Shown here: in pieces, positions 9,057 through 19,129 of the stretch
Numbering within the stretch: position 1 is the stretch's first letter
Layout of the letters: each line of letters starts with the position of its first letter
DNA from: a virus
Reading direction: 5' to 3' (one strand)
Length of the DNA: 64,000 nucleotides
Virus record (IMG/VR): IMGVR_UViG_3300044678_002654
Coordinates: 1-64,000 of that record
Position numbers and translations under genes: made by a program
The notes under the pieces: model-generated
Seen by the model: the letters and a program-made list of their open reading frames with translations, nothing else
Databases searched by the model: none
What the model was told of the DNA's origin: nothing

Positions 9057-11792
9057 TCAGGTGTACCCGTACTCCTTGGCGATGTAGGAGAACGAGTAGG
9101 TGCTGTCGGCCTCGGTGATGTTGATAGGAAGCGCCGACTTCTGCACGAAGTAGTGGTTGTTGCGCAACGGCAGGACCACCTGCCCGTAGAACGTGTACGC
9201 CATGGTCGTCTCAGCCTTGAAGGAAATCGACACGGTCGCGAGGATGTTTTCGTCTTGGTCCTTGAAGACGAGAGAGTGAAGGGTGTTCGTCGGTGAATGT
9301 CCCGTCCCAGCAGTCGGCTTGAGCGTGATGGTGTACGAGATCACCACCGCAGCGACGAAGCGCCCCGTGAGCGTGCTGACCGTGAGTTCTGTGCCTGCCG
9401 AAGCCGTGCTCAACCCCGTGAATCCACCGTTCACTACAGACGGGGGATTGACCACCGTCAGCCCGGTGAGCTTCTCTCCGTGGTGGTGGTTGTCGGTGGC
9501 GTCGACAGGCGTCCCTGTCTCAATCCCCTTGAGCTTGGCGTAGTCGCTCGTGTGCAGGAGCGAGAGCGTGGTCTTGGTCGTGTTGAACGGCGCGTACTCG
9601 ATCCTGTCGGGGTAGAAGCGGGCGCGCAGGGTTCCAGCCCCGCTTCCGCCACCGTTGGGCGTGTAGACTTCGAGCATTCGTGCGTCATTGCTGGCTGCGC
9701 CGAACACTGCCCACGGATTCACGGACGTGCCAGGACCGCTGAACTGAAACGCGTGAAAGCGCGTGAAGCGCCAGTCGTTGTCGACGGCGACCACCGAGTA
9801 GAGCGTGACCGCAACGTTGCCGCTCATGCCCGTAAAGTCGGGCGTCGCGCCGTTGCTCTTTCGGAACGTCAGCAGCTTCGAGCCGGTGTTGTAGGCCGAC
9901 ACATAGTACAGGCCGTCGCTCGCGTCGGCGGCCCCTGTGAGGCCGGTGATCTTCGCGTAGATGAGCGGTACGGTCTTCCCCGTCAGCGCGATGTTGACGA
10001 TCGGGAGCTTCGCCGCGACGTTCCCGAAGCGAGTCGAGCTCATGGACGCCACGAGCTGCGTGCTGGAAGAGAAAGCGAACGTCTCGCCCTCGCCCAAGAA
10101 GTCGTTGCTGAGGTCAGCAGGGTTCGCGTAGACGATCGCCTGGAGGGTGAGCGACGAAGCCTCGTGCACCCCCGCAGGAGAAATGTTCATCAGGTCAGGG
10201 GGCGCGTGCAGCTCTCCGAGGGTGAAGATCGCCCCGGTCGCGGGCTGTCCTGCTGCGCCGAACACCTTTGCGAGCGGCGAGGCCCCGACCATGTAGTGGC
10301 CGTTCTCGCTCACTCGTCGGTTGATGGCGGAGAGAGCAGCCAAGAGCTGTTCACGCAGTGAACCTGCGGCGAGGCTCACGACATTCGCGGCGTTCTGCGC
10401 CGTCGTCGTCCCGGTCAGGGCTTCGGCGCCGATGCGTCGGGTGCCGGAGTTGTTCGTGGTCACACGCCCGTAGTACTCGATGAGCTGGTTCAGCGTCGCG
10501 ATGAGCGTCGTGTTACCGACGCGCTTGTACCCGGCCCCTTCGTTGTCGTCGTCGGTCCACGCATGAAAGTACTCGGAGTACTCCACGCCGATGCTTCGAG
10601 CGCCGCTGACGTTGGCCGCGATCGCGGCGAGTCGGTCCCAGATCGTCGTGCTCTCGCCGAGGAACGCCTCCTTCTCCAGCCCGATGCGAGTGCCATCGAC
10701 GAAGATGAACTCGCTGCCGACCATCTTCCCGATGGGGATCGCGCCAGGGATCTTGTGCGGCTCGAAGCCCGTGTTGATCAGGTTGTACCCGACGCTCGGA
10801 GTCGTGTTCTGCACCACGGTACCCGCGCGGTCTGTGGGCAGGTCCCACAGCGACTGCCGCCTGCCACCCTTCGGGACCGAGATCCCGGTCTCCACGGGAC
10901 CAGGGGCGTAGGCAATCGCGAGGCTCTCGCCTTCTCGAAGCTGGTTGTCCGAGACACCGAAGAACGCCGCGAGCTGCGCCGCCGTTACCTGATGCGCCTC
11001 AGCGTCGTAGGCGCCGCGCACGACGCCGCCAGTGAACGCAGTAGGTGCCGCCGACCCGGAAGTCGCAGGGTCACGGCTCGCGCGGAAGAACCGAGCAGGT
11101 CCGTAGGTCTCACCCGTGAAGTTGTTCGCGGGGTTGTTCACGTACGCGATGACCTGATCGATCGTCGTGCTGGACGTGAGCGTCCCGTAGGTGATCGTGA
11201 TCTCCCGCTTGGGAGCGCCTGAGATGGTGGACGTGATCGTACCTGCCGCTGCCGCAGGGTCCGCCACGAGGGCGAGCGTGAAGCCGTTGGCTCCGAGCGT
11301 GATCGCGAGGTTGCCACCACCGCCGTCGTAGTTCTTCCCGTCGGCGTAACCGCGATGCCCGACGTAGTCCGAATTGACCGCGAAGGTGATGTCGTTGGTG
11401 AGGTACACGCCTGCGTAGGGCAGGCCGTTGACGAACACTCGGCCGCCCTTGTGCCGACCACCGCTCACGCGGCCCGGGGTCAGGGCCGGGTAGACCCACA
11501 GGTCGTCCTCGGTGCCCGCGACCATCTGGAGAGAGTGCCTTCCGCTGCCCTCTGCGTGAAACAGGAACTTCGCGTTGGAGCGAAGGACGAGCCCACGGTC
11601 ATAGTCCGCGAGGTACAAGAGCGTCTCAACCGCTTCGCGCACACGCTCCGTGCGCTTGCGCAGATGCTCCGTCGTGCGGTTGAGCACAGGAGCAATGAGC
11701 GTCTCGCTCCCGATCGGTTGTACCGACGCGGCGTCGTCGCGACCGGTGTCAGACGACTGCTTGAACCGGAGAATCTGATCGAAGAAGCTCAT
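9057..11792 (-). CDS. putative tail fibre / distal virion structural protein
   Basis: 911 aa, G/T/S/A-rich beta composition, last gene of the baseplate operon. Confidence 0.65.
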   Translation of the reverse strand: MSFFDQILRFKQSSDTGRDDAASVQPIGSETLIAPVLNRTTEHLRKRTERVREAVETLLYLADYDRGLVLRSNAKFLFHAEGSGRHSLQMVAGTEDDLWVYPALTPGRVSGGRHKGGRVFVNGLPYAGVYLTNDITFAVNSDYVGHRGYADGKNYDGGGGNLAITLGANGFTLALVADPAAAAGTITSTISGAPKREITITYGTLTSSTTIDQVIAYVNNPANNFTGETYGPARFFRASRDPATSGSAAPTAFTGGVVRGAYDAEAHQVTAAQLAAFFGVSDNQLREGESLAIAYAPGPVETGISVPKGGRRQSLWDLPTDRAGTVVQNTTPSVGYNLINTGFEPHKIPGAIPIGKMVGSEFIFVDGTRIGLEKEAFLGESTTIWDRLAAIAANVSGARSIGVEYSEYFHAWTDDDNEGAGYKRVGNTTLIATLNQLIEYYGRVTTNNSGTRRIGAEALTGTTTAQNAANVVSLAAGSLREQLLAALSAINRRVSENGHYMVGASPLAKVFGAAGQPATGAIFTLGELHAPPDLMNISPAGVHEASSLTLQAIVYANPADLSNDFLGEGETFAFSSSTQLVASMSSTRFGNVAAKLPIVNIALTGKTVPLIYAKITGLTGAADASDGLYYVSAYNTGSKLLTFRKSNGATPDFTGMSGNVAVTLYSVVAVDNDWRFTRFHAFQFSGPGTSVNPWAVFGAASNDARMLEVYTPNGGGSGAGTLRARFYPDRIEYAPFNTTKTTLSLLHTSDYAKLKGIETGTPVDATDNHHHGEKLTGLTVVNPPSVVNGGFTGLSTASAGTELTVSTLTGRFVAAVVISYTITLKPTAGTGHSPTNTLHSLVFKDQDENILATVSISFKAETTMAYTFYGQVVLPLRNNHYFVQKSALPINITEADSTYSFSYIAKEYGYT

Positions 11793-12274
11793 ACTGCTGC
11801 CACCGTGAGTCGCCAGCGCACGTCGACAGTGAAGAGCCCGGTGAGCTCGATATCTGGCGTCGTCTGGCGTGCGAAGAGGCTGTTGTTGACGAGGATGATC
11901 CCGAACTCGCGAATGGTCTCGCCCGTGGCGGTGCCGGGGTTGATCGTGGCGCGGACTTCGACTTGCCCAGCGCTACGGATCCTCTGGCTGCCGTTGGCGA
12001 CAGAGATCGACAGAAACGGCGCGTGCATCGAGGTGTCGCCCCGTGTGGGCGGGGTGCCGTTCGAGCCGACCGAGAGCGAGTTGAACGCGTAGTCAGCGGC
12101 CGAGACACCATCCGGCGCCCAAAGAAACAGGGGCGAGTCGATCCCAGCGTAGGTGATCGTGTTTTGGACAGTGATGACCTTCTGTCGCCCCGTCTTGACG
12201 TTGGTGAGGCGCACCGAGAGGTCGCCGCGCATCCGCAACGTGTCTACGATGCGGCGTAGGCGTCGGTTGTTCAT
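11789..12274 (-). CDS. putative tail-collar/fibre-attachment protein
   Basis: Pattern NTITYAG...SVGSNGTPP...TIREFGI...LFAR typical of phage tail-collar proteins. Confidence 0.65.
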   Translation of the reverse strand: MNNRRLRRIVDTLRMRGDLSVRLTNVKTGRQKVITVQNTITYAGIDSPLFLWAPDGVSAADYAFNSLSVGSNGTPPTRGDTSMHAPFLSISVANGSQRIRSAGQVEVRATINPGTATGETIREFGIILVNNSLFARQTTPDIELTGLFTVDVRWRLTVAAV

Positions 12275-12276
12275 CG

Positions 12277-15200
12277 TCAGGTAATCCTAATCGAGAGGGG
12301 TCGGTCGATGATCTGCGGAGAGGCGCTCACGGAGCCGCCGATCGGGTTCTCTCCGCCGACGTTGAGAGACGTCTCAAAGCCCAGGAGGGGGTCGCCAACG
12401 CCGCGCGTCCGCAAGAAACACGTTTTGACCGAGAAGGTCAACGTGCCCGAGTTTCCTTGCGAGATCGTGAGCTCGCCGGTAGCCCGGTTGAACGTGTAGT
12501 CCACCCCTTCAGTGAGACGGCGCGTGTAGCCGCTCGCTGTGTGCGTGGCATTGGTGAAACGAGCGAAGAAGATCAGCCATCTGTACGGTAGTACGAAGCC
12601 TACCGGAGCGGTCGGTGTGATCGTCGTCGTGTACGAGCCGCCTGGGTAAACGACGGAGAAGTTTTCGTCGACGTACGTAAAGGCGTCGTTCACCTGGAGT
12701 ACGTCGTCAGGCGCGCTGATGATGTTGTCGGGTACGCCGAAGCCTTCCGTCATGGTGGCGGTAAGGCCCACGTCGAAGTCTTCACCGAGTGAAAGACGGT
12801 CGACGAGGTCAGTCGATGACTCGATGAATGCGTAGATGTGCGCGGGTCGCGTTTCACGCACGAGCGCGGCGGCCTCATTGATGAGAGACACGTTGCGCGC
12901 CATGCTTGGGTGGACCCTGATGGAGATGGCGTGGCGCCGCAGGAAGCGGTCCATCAGGATGAACGGCACTGTTCGACGGAAGAGCAGATCGGGAAGTCGC
13001 ACCGACAAGCTCACTGGTGCAGGTACGCCGTGCGCTTCCGGCGGGGGAAATCGGTCAAGCCGTACGGTCGTGTTGTCGTTGCGTACTTCTAGGACCTCGT
13101 AGTGCCCTGCGAACCCTGGTGTATCGACGACGATGTATTGTCCAACGTCACGGGCCGTGACGCCGGGACTGGTGTTCACGAGCAGCCATGAGCCCCCGGG
13201 CCAGAATGCGGACCCCGCCCGCTTGATACCGGGCCTGCCCTCGTCGTCGAGACCTACGTAGAGGTCTGGGTCACCACAGTACGGCGCATCAACCGCCCCG
13301 ACCTTGTGCTCGATCAGGAGGGAAGACACGTACCGGCGTGTGGCCTCTCCGACTTCGTCATCAAGGTCGAGCAGCTCAGGGGGAATCGCCACACGATGCC
13401 ACCACGTAGGATCGATGTCTTCGCTCTCAACCACGAAAGCGTCAGTCAGGACCTCGTAGGCAGAGAACGTGTACTTCCCGAGGTTGCCAGCGTCAGCGAC
13501 AGCTTCGGAAGGTGGCACAGAGAATGGCAGCCGGTAGGTACGTCGGGACGTAGTGACTCGTTGCTCGCGGGTACGAGTCATGCGCCACTCCAGGCCGGTT
13601 TCGTCGATGAAGCCCCACGACGCCTCCAGTCGGACAGAGGAAGGGCTCTCCACCGCGATCACGCGATACGTGCCGTTGTTGCGGCTGTTCGTCGCTGTCT
13701 TGATCTCGATGTCGGCTCCGATGTCGTCCTGCTCGAAGGCAAACGTCGAAGACGTGACCGTGAAGCGGCGGGTGACCAGCGCGTGGGTATAGCGCCAAAC
13801 CACACCCGTCTCGTTCGCGGTAGGGGCCGGCGAAATGGTAACCGTTGTCGCCGAAGTCACGCCTGTGATCACAACCTCTCGCGACCCTGTCGGAGAGCTC
13901 AGCGTAATCGTTGAGCCCACGTCAGCGGCGAAGAACCCGCCCGTAACCGAAGTGAACGTCGCCCCTGAGATTGCCAGGACGCCGTCCCGGCCTTCGCGTC
14001 CGTCCGTCACGGCGCCGTAGCCGTCTGCGGTAGACGCATGTACGCCGTCGTCGTAGGCGAGCAGCACCTCCCCGTCTTCGCGCACGACAGGCAGGTCGAA
14101 CATGACGTTGAGCGCAGTCTCAAGGCGAGTCGCGCTTGCGCCGAGAAGATACAGCCGCGCTACACCCTTGAGGAAGGCGCGGTACGCGTCGCTCGTGCGG
14201 CGCCTAAAGCCCAGGAGGTACCCGAAGTTCCGGTAAAGAACGTCACGGTCCACGAGCACGTCACAGCCCCAAAGGGCCATCTCCCTCATGGGGCAAACAA
14301 CGTCAAACGTGAACGGTACGACCTCGTTTGTGTAAGTCTCCTCCGAAATGACGAGGTCCCACTCGTAGGACGCTTGTGCGTCGTGTGCGGGGTCCCAGGC
14401 CGTACGAAAGTACACTCGCCCGGTGTCGTAGTTGACCTCGTAATCAACGCCCTCAACGACGACACCGCCCGCAGGGTATGCGGCGCCGACTGCGTGATAA
14501 CGGGTCGCTTGCACGCGCAGCGTCCCCTCTCGGATGTTGGCGTGGTTCAGCTCGAAGCCCGCAGGGCTCCCGGCGCCAGCAGGCAGCGTCACGAGGTACG
14601 CGATGAGCGGCGAGCTTGCGTCGAAGTCAGCGGGTGCGTCGAGAGTTACTGCGCCGACTCCGACTGAGTTCACGCAGTGAAAGCCTGAATTGCGTGGAGA
14701 GACCGGGTCATAGAACGAGATGTACTTGCCGACCCATCCGGCGTCAGGCGAGGCCACCGTCAGATCGGTCGTCCCTGCGACAGGGGTGACCGTGATCGGA
14801 ACCACGGCAGACGGGCGCTTCATCTTTGTGCCGGTCTGCCGGTAGTCGAACGGTTCACGCACAATACGGGCTGTAGCAGCAGGTACAGCAGCCTCGCTCG
14901 CTGCTGCAAACTCTGGTGGAGCTACATCAAGCAGGACTTTACCTCCTTGCAGCGCGCGCACCGTCGCTACGGCCTTGGAGCCGTTAGCAACGTGGAACTG
15001 GAAACTGTCGCCAGGACGCGCGTCCCCCCAGTCGCCAGACAGAGCTGCCGCGAACGCCACATCCACCGACCTCACGGGGAAGGGCGCGTAACGAACCGCG
15101 TCGAGCGGATTTTCTCGGAAGTGGATGGCGTCGTCCTTGACCTCGTAGTCTCGGGGGCTCTCGACGACGCTCGTCGGAGCGATGACGCGGTTCATCAAGC

Positions 15201-15507
15201 AAGGCACGGCAGCAGTACGCTCTTCGGGGGCGTAGACCCATCGGTCGTCTGCCGGTGAAGCGCCTTCGATGAACAGGAGCCGATCTTCACGGACGTAGAA
15301 GTCACGAAAGTATCTGCGGCTATAAAGCGGCGCATGGTCGAGGCTCACGCCGAGAACAGCATCAAGCAGGTCGAGGTAGAGCTGCCCGTATTGGATCTGC
15401 TGTGCGGAGAATGTCGAACGCAGTCTTCCGCTGTCGCGGAAGAACACCGACCAGAAGTCGGACAGGCCGTGGATGAAGTTCTGGTCTGCCTGCGGAAAGA
15501 CTGGCAT
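12277..15507 (-). CDS. putative baseplate wedge protein
   Basis: 1076 aa following the J-like gene. Carries LYRNFGYLLG...YRAFLKG, C-terminal ETRPAH, and repeated EGVDY-type Ig-like segments. Confidence 0.65.
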   Translation of the reverse strand: MPVFPQADQNFIHGLSDFWSVFFRDSGRLRSTFSAQQIQYGQLYLDLLDAVLGVSLDHAPLYSRRYFRDFYVREDRLLFIEGASPADDRWVYAPEERTAAVPCLMNRVIAPTSVVESPRDYEVKDDAIHFRENPLDAVRYAPFPVRSVDVAFAAALSGDWGDARPGDSFQFHVANGSKAVATVRALQGGKVLLDVAPPEFAAASEAAVPAATARIVREPFDYRQTGTKMKRPSAVVPITVTPVAGTTDLTVASPDAGWVGKYISFYDPVSPRNSGFHCVNSVGVGAVTLDAPADFDASSPLIAYLVTLPAGAGSPAGFELNHANIREGTLRVQATRYHAVGAAYPAGGVVVEGVDYEVNYDTGRVYFRTAWDPAHDAQASYEWDLVISEETYTNEVVPFTFDVVCPMREMALWGCDVLVDRDVLYRNFGYLLGFRRRTSDAYRAFLKGVARLYLLGASATRLETALNVMFDLPVVREDGEVLLAYDDGVHASTADGYGAVTDGREGRDGVLAISGATFTSVTGGFFAADVGSTITLSSPTGSREVVITGVTSATTVTISPAPTANETGVVWRYTHALVTRRFTVTSSTFAFEQDDIGADIEIKTATNSRNNGTYRVIAVESPSSVRLEASWGFIDETGLEWRMTRTREQRVTTSRRTYRLPFSVPPSEAVADAGNLGKYTFSAYEVLTDAFVVESEDIDPTWWHRVAIPPELLDLDDEVGEATRRYVSSLLIEHKVGAVDAPYCGDPDLYVGLDDEGRPGIKRAGSAFWPGGSWLLVNTSPGVTARDVGQYIVVDTPGFAGHYEVLEVRNDNTTVRLDRFPPPEAHGVPAPVSLSVRLPDLLFRRTVPFILMDRFLRRHAISIRVHPSMARNVSLINEAAALVRETRPAHIYAFIESSTDLVDRLSLGEDFDVGLTATMTEGFGVPDNIISAPDDVLQVNDAFTYVDENFSVVYPGGSYTTTITPTAPVGFVLPYRWLIFFARFTNATHTASGYTRRLTEGVDYTFNRATGELTISQGNSGTLTFSVKTCFLRTRGVGDPLLGFETSLNVGGENPIGGSVSASPQIIDRPLSIRIT

Positions 15508-17558
15508 CAGGCCCTCGCGGTGAACCCAATCGCGCCCGGCGCGACGAGGTATCGGATGGTACGATCAGACACGCCGAGGCGCGCGAGCTGGTGCTTTAGC
15601 GCGGTGTGGTAGCCAGTCGCAGGCAGACCCACTTCAACAGGGTTGAGCAGTACAGCCCCGTCGTCGACAGTCGGAAAGATCGTCACCTTGTCGGTGGTCT
15701 CGTAGCGATAGACCTTCCCATCGGGAGCAAGGAGGTCGTAGACAACACGGAATGCGTAAACGGTCGCGAGCCCACCCTCATTGGTGAAGCGAAGCCGGGT
15801 CGTCAAACCCGAGACATCCATCGGGTCCAGGCTGCGGTAGTTCGAGATAAACCGCACGAGGTCCGTCGTGGCGGACGCTGCGTTGAACGTAGGCGTCGTT
15901 GACAGCAGGCGCCCGATCCTGGAAGCCGTTGAGGAGTCAGTCCTCAACGCATAGGGGACCGAGAACCCGACGTACACCGGGTGAAAACTGCGGATGAGAT
16001 AGTCGCCACCAGCAGGAGGATTGTCGCGAGAATCGGCGTAAGCCGCCACGGTGTCGAACCCGGCGATCGTCTCATACTCGATCTCCAGCGTTGAGCCGTT
16101 GAGGTTGAGCCCCGGCCATCCCACCTCAAGGACCGTCACTGCGCGCGTTGACTGTGACTCCCCGGGGTTCAGCACCTCCACGCGGTAGGGCAAAAGCACG
16201 GTGGACGCCGTCGCAGGCAGCAGGGGCGTGTTCTGCCGTACACGGAACGGGACGCGCCCTGTGACAGGATCGGTGTACCCGGCGAGGTCAGACGGAATGG
16301 GGGAGAGGAGCTCTACCTTGGTGATCCTGTAGACAGGGCCACCAGACAGAACAACCTTGTTGTCAGCTTGCAGCGCCCGTGACGTGTCCGCCGTAGTCGT
16401 CGCGACACCACTCGTGGTGACCTTGTTGTTGTAGTCGGGGTAGTTGTTCCCGATTGAGTAGACGATCGAAGGGTCAGCGCCTTCGTCCGTCGGACGGCTG
16501 AAGGGTGTACGCGTCGAGATCTCCACCTCCGTGGACCTCACCGCGTTCACCCGGTGCTGCACGGGAGCTTCAGGGATGCCAGCGCTAATGAAGAGCACGT
16601 CCCCAGGTGTGACTTTCACGGCAGTAAAAGAGACCCCGCCGGGCGGCGACGTGTCACGGAAGACGGAGGTGACGCCGTCGGGCCTCGCGTAGCTCGCGCC
16701 GATCTGCTTGCGCGTCGTGAGCAACCGGGTAGGTGCTCGTACGTAGAGATCCGCGCAGCCGCCGATGTGGAAAGCACCTACAGAAGATGAGACGCGGTCA
16801 CGCGACATCTCTGGGTCGCCCCGCCCGATCGTCAGGGTCTGCTCAACCCCGAAGACCTCGCGAAGCGTTACGGCGTTGGAACGTCCTGACCCGAGAGTGC
16901 GGGCGGCGATTGCGTCACCCGCCGCGTCGATGGCGGAGGCTGTCGACTGAACGTTGTCCCCGCCCGTGAGCGGTGCGTAGTTGGTCGCGCCAAGCAGGTG
17001 CGGGCTGAAGGGGTCGACCGCGTCGAAGGGTCCTTCGGGCTGGTCGTACTCCCGGCCCGAGCGTGCGGCTTTGATGTTGACCGGGAAGCTGTAGTGCAGG
17101 ATTGCCCCGTCAGCGCCGCGCACAACTCTCATGTCGGACGCAGAGACCAGGAGGTCATCGGGATAGTCCGGGTAGTAAACTAGCGCGGTCCCCTTGAAGA
17201 ACCGAGCGTTACGGGGCACACGCTGATCAACACGTCGTGAAAACTCGACGACGGCGATCCCGCGCGAAAACTTCCCCTGGCTCCGCGACACCAGGAGATT
17301 CGCCAGCAGCGCGTCAGCCATGTCGACGACGTCTGCGGTCTCGACTGCGTCACGGAGGTTCAAGAGCGACTGCCTCGCCCGCACCCCGTCGATCATCCGA
17401 CGCAGGAGTGCGACAGGGTAGCTCTGGCCCTTGATCACGACCGCGTGATCAGGGCTGCCCGGTGTCCAATCGACCTCAGGCTCCTGAACCTCCAAGAACG
17501 CTTGGAGAAACCGGACGGACTCTTGGACGTCTCGCTGGAGTAGTTCGTGGTCGGCCAT
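15507..17558 (-). CDS. baseplate J-like protein
   Basis: LLANLLVSRSQGKFSRG, IKAARSGREYD, TGGDN and GGCADLYV motifs; follows a gp25-like gene. Confidence 0.75.
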   Translation of the reverse strand: MADHELLQRDVQESVRFLQAFLEVQEPEVDWTPGSPDHAVVIKGQSYPVALLRRMIDGVRARQSLLNLRDAVETADVVDMADALLANLLVSRSQGKFSRGIAVVEFSRRVDQRVPRNARFFKGTALVYYPDYPDDLLVSASDMRVVRGADGAILHYSFPVNIKAARSGREYDQPEGPFDAVDPFSPHLLGATNYAPLTGGDNVQSTASAIDAAGDAIAARTLGSGRSNAVTLREVFGVEQTLTIGRGDPEMSRDRVSSSVGAFHIGGCADLYVRAPTRLLTTRKQIGASYARPDGVTSVFRDTSPPGGVSFTAVKVTPGDVLFISAGIPEAPVQHRVNAVRSTEVEISTRTPFSRPTDEGADPSIVYSIGNNYPDYNNKVTTSGVATTTADTSRALQADNKVVLSGGPVYRITKVELLSPIPSDLAGYTDPVTGRVPFRVRQNTPLLPATASTVLLPYRVEVLNPGESQSTRAVTVLEVGWPGLNLNGSTLEIEYETIAGFDTVAAYADSRDNPPAGGDYLIRSFHPVYVGFSVPYALRTDSSTASRIGRLLSTTPTFNAASATTDLVRFISNYRSLDPMDVSGLTTRLRFTNEGGLATVYAFRVVYDLLAPDGKVYRYETTDKVTIFPTVDDGAVLLNPVEVGLPATGYHTALKHQLARLGVSDRTIRYLVAPGAIGFTARA

Positions 17559-17560
17559 TG

Positions 17561-17998
17561 TTACCCGGGTGCGTAGGGGATGAGCATTCGAAGCATCTCG
17601 CCTGACTCGACCTGGAGGTCTACCCAGAACTCGAACCGTCCCGGGGAAAGAACCGTGAACTGCATAATCGTCACCGAACGGACGCGCTCATTCAACGCGA
17701 GGTTGGTTCCGGTTTGCAAGACACGAACTTGTTCAGTGGCGTCAGCGACGTGGAGATGGAGCTGCGTCTCCAGCTCATCAGGATCGGAGATGTTTGAGCC
17801 CAGGAGGTGCGGAAATTCAGTACCCGCAGAGAGGTCCAACGGGTCCGACCCCTTGGGGGTCATGAAGATGTGCAGCCATCGGCCGAACGCTTTGTACTTG
17901 CCCTCGACGAGGAGCGACGGCGTGCCGAACGTGAACACGTTGGCAGGCCCCTGTGAAGAGGGGTCGACAAGTTTGAGGTGGAGAGACTTCCGACCCAT
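17561..17998 (-). CDS. baseplate wedge gp25/GpW-like protein
   Basis: 145 aa with FMTPKGSDP...GTEF motif, directly upstream of baseplate J. Confidence 0.7.
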   Translation of the reverse strand: MGRKSLHLKLVDPSSQGPANVFTFGTPSLLVEGKYKAFGRWLHIFMTPKGSDPLDLSAGTEFPHLLGSNISDPDELETQLHLHVADATEQVRVLQTGTNLALNERVRSVTIMQFTVLSPGRFEFWVDLQVESGEMLRMLIPYAPG

Positions 17999-18001
17999 CG
18001 G

Positions 18002-19129
18002 TCAGAAGGGTAGTTGCCGCCCCGATTGCCACCGACCTGTCGCGAAGTCGTACACGAATGGGGCAATGTTGGCTGGCGGCACGAGCGTCTGCACTTGCGC
18101 GGCAGCCTGCACGTGAGCAGCCCCGGCGCTCGCTTCTTGGGTAGCAGCTTGCGCTCTGTGAATCCGCTGCACAAAGAACTCTTGCCGAGTCGCGGCCTGC
18201 ATCGCTGAGCTGCGATCTACGCCTGCGGCTACGGCATATTGTGAGAGGAGCTCACTACGGGCGCCGACGGTGTCAGCTTCCCCCAACGCAAGCTCCGCGA
18301 CCGCGCGAGCCGCACGAGGGCGAGCGCCGGGCGCGTCGAATACCTCGGTCGCGGGGTCAAGGTCTAGTGCGCTGCCCGTTGCATCGACGGAGGCCCAATC
18401 CGAGAGCGTGTGATCAAACGGAGAGACGCCTCTCCACTCGTTTTCGGTGAAGTTGTGCTTGGTGAGCAAAGGGACCGCAGGATCTTCAACCTCGCGCTCG
18501 ATCGTCGAATACGCCGCGCGCAGCTTCGCAAGGAGCACACCAAAGGTGTCCATCTGCTCGCGTGAGTGGGGCAGCTCGACGAGCTCGGTGACAGCGCGTG
18601 CCTCGTAGCTCTCACGCGACGCAGCGCATGCGGATTCTAGTCCGATGACGACAGCGTCTTCGTAAGCGGGGTCGGTCGAATCGTCCAGCACAGCGCCGAT
18701 GTAGAGGTCTCCGCTCCGACCAATGAGAAAATGCCGAGCAGGCCCCCGCTCGCCGAGCATGAGTTCAAGCGCTGAGAGAGTTTTCACTCCCGTCTCAAGT
18801 ACGTCCGTGACAACGTGTGCTCCGTCGTAATCACGCACGCGGTTGACGTCTTCCGGCTCCCTGCTGGTGAGCACACCAGCGTCTGCTTGCAGTCCGTAAA
18901 GCTGCACAACGACGCGGTTGATCACCCGGTCTTCACCGCGTGAAATGTGGGTCGCGTTCGGCGCAACCCGGACGAGCCTTACGCCTTCCATGAAGCCCAC
19001 GGAGGAGACGACGCGAGCACGACCTGCTCCGGGTCTCCCACGGGCGTTCCCGTAGTAGGCGGTGGACCGCGCGTGGTCTGTGGCGATAGCCGTCAGCGCG
19101 GCGGCAAAGTCTTGAGCGCCAGTTGTCAC
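18002..19129 (-). CDS. amidase_2-like fold protein (probably degenerate)
   Basis: RHFLIGRSGDLY, VIGLE and SREQMDTFGVLLAKL resemble N-acetylmuramoyl-L-alanine amidase motifs; the first Zn-ligand His is not seen. Confidence 0.5.
   Translation of the reverse strand: MTTGAQDFAAALTAIATDHARSTAYYGNARGRPGAGRARVVSSVGFMEGVRLVRVAPNATHISRGEDRVINRVVVQLYGLQADAGVLTSREPEDVNRVRDYDGAHVVTDVLETGVKTLSALELMLGERGPARHFLIGRSGDLYIGAVLDDSTDPAYEDAVVIGLESACAASRESYEARAVTELVELPHSREQMDTFGVLLAKLRAAYSTIEREVEDPAVPLLTKHNFTENEWRGVSPFDHTLSDWASVDATGSALDLDPATEVFDAPGARPRAARAVAELALGEADTVGARSELLSQYAVAAGVDRSSAMQAATRQEFFVQRIHRAQAATQEASAGAAHVQAAAQVQTLVPPANIAPFVYDFATGRWQSGRQLPF

Noticed and set aside
15973-15985. One-mismatch palindrome variants (TACACCGGGTGAA at 15973; also about 44862 and 63751) and 2-bp-spacer variants (3414, 11109)
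   Set aside because: Not counted, since a few near matches are expected by chance, although 15973 does fall in the largest gap.
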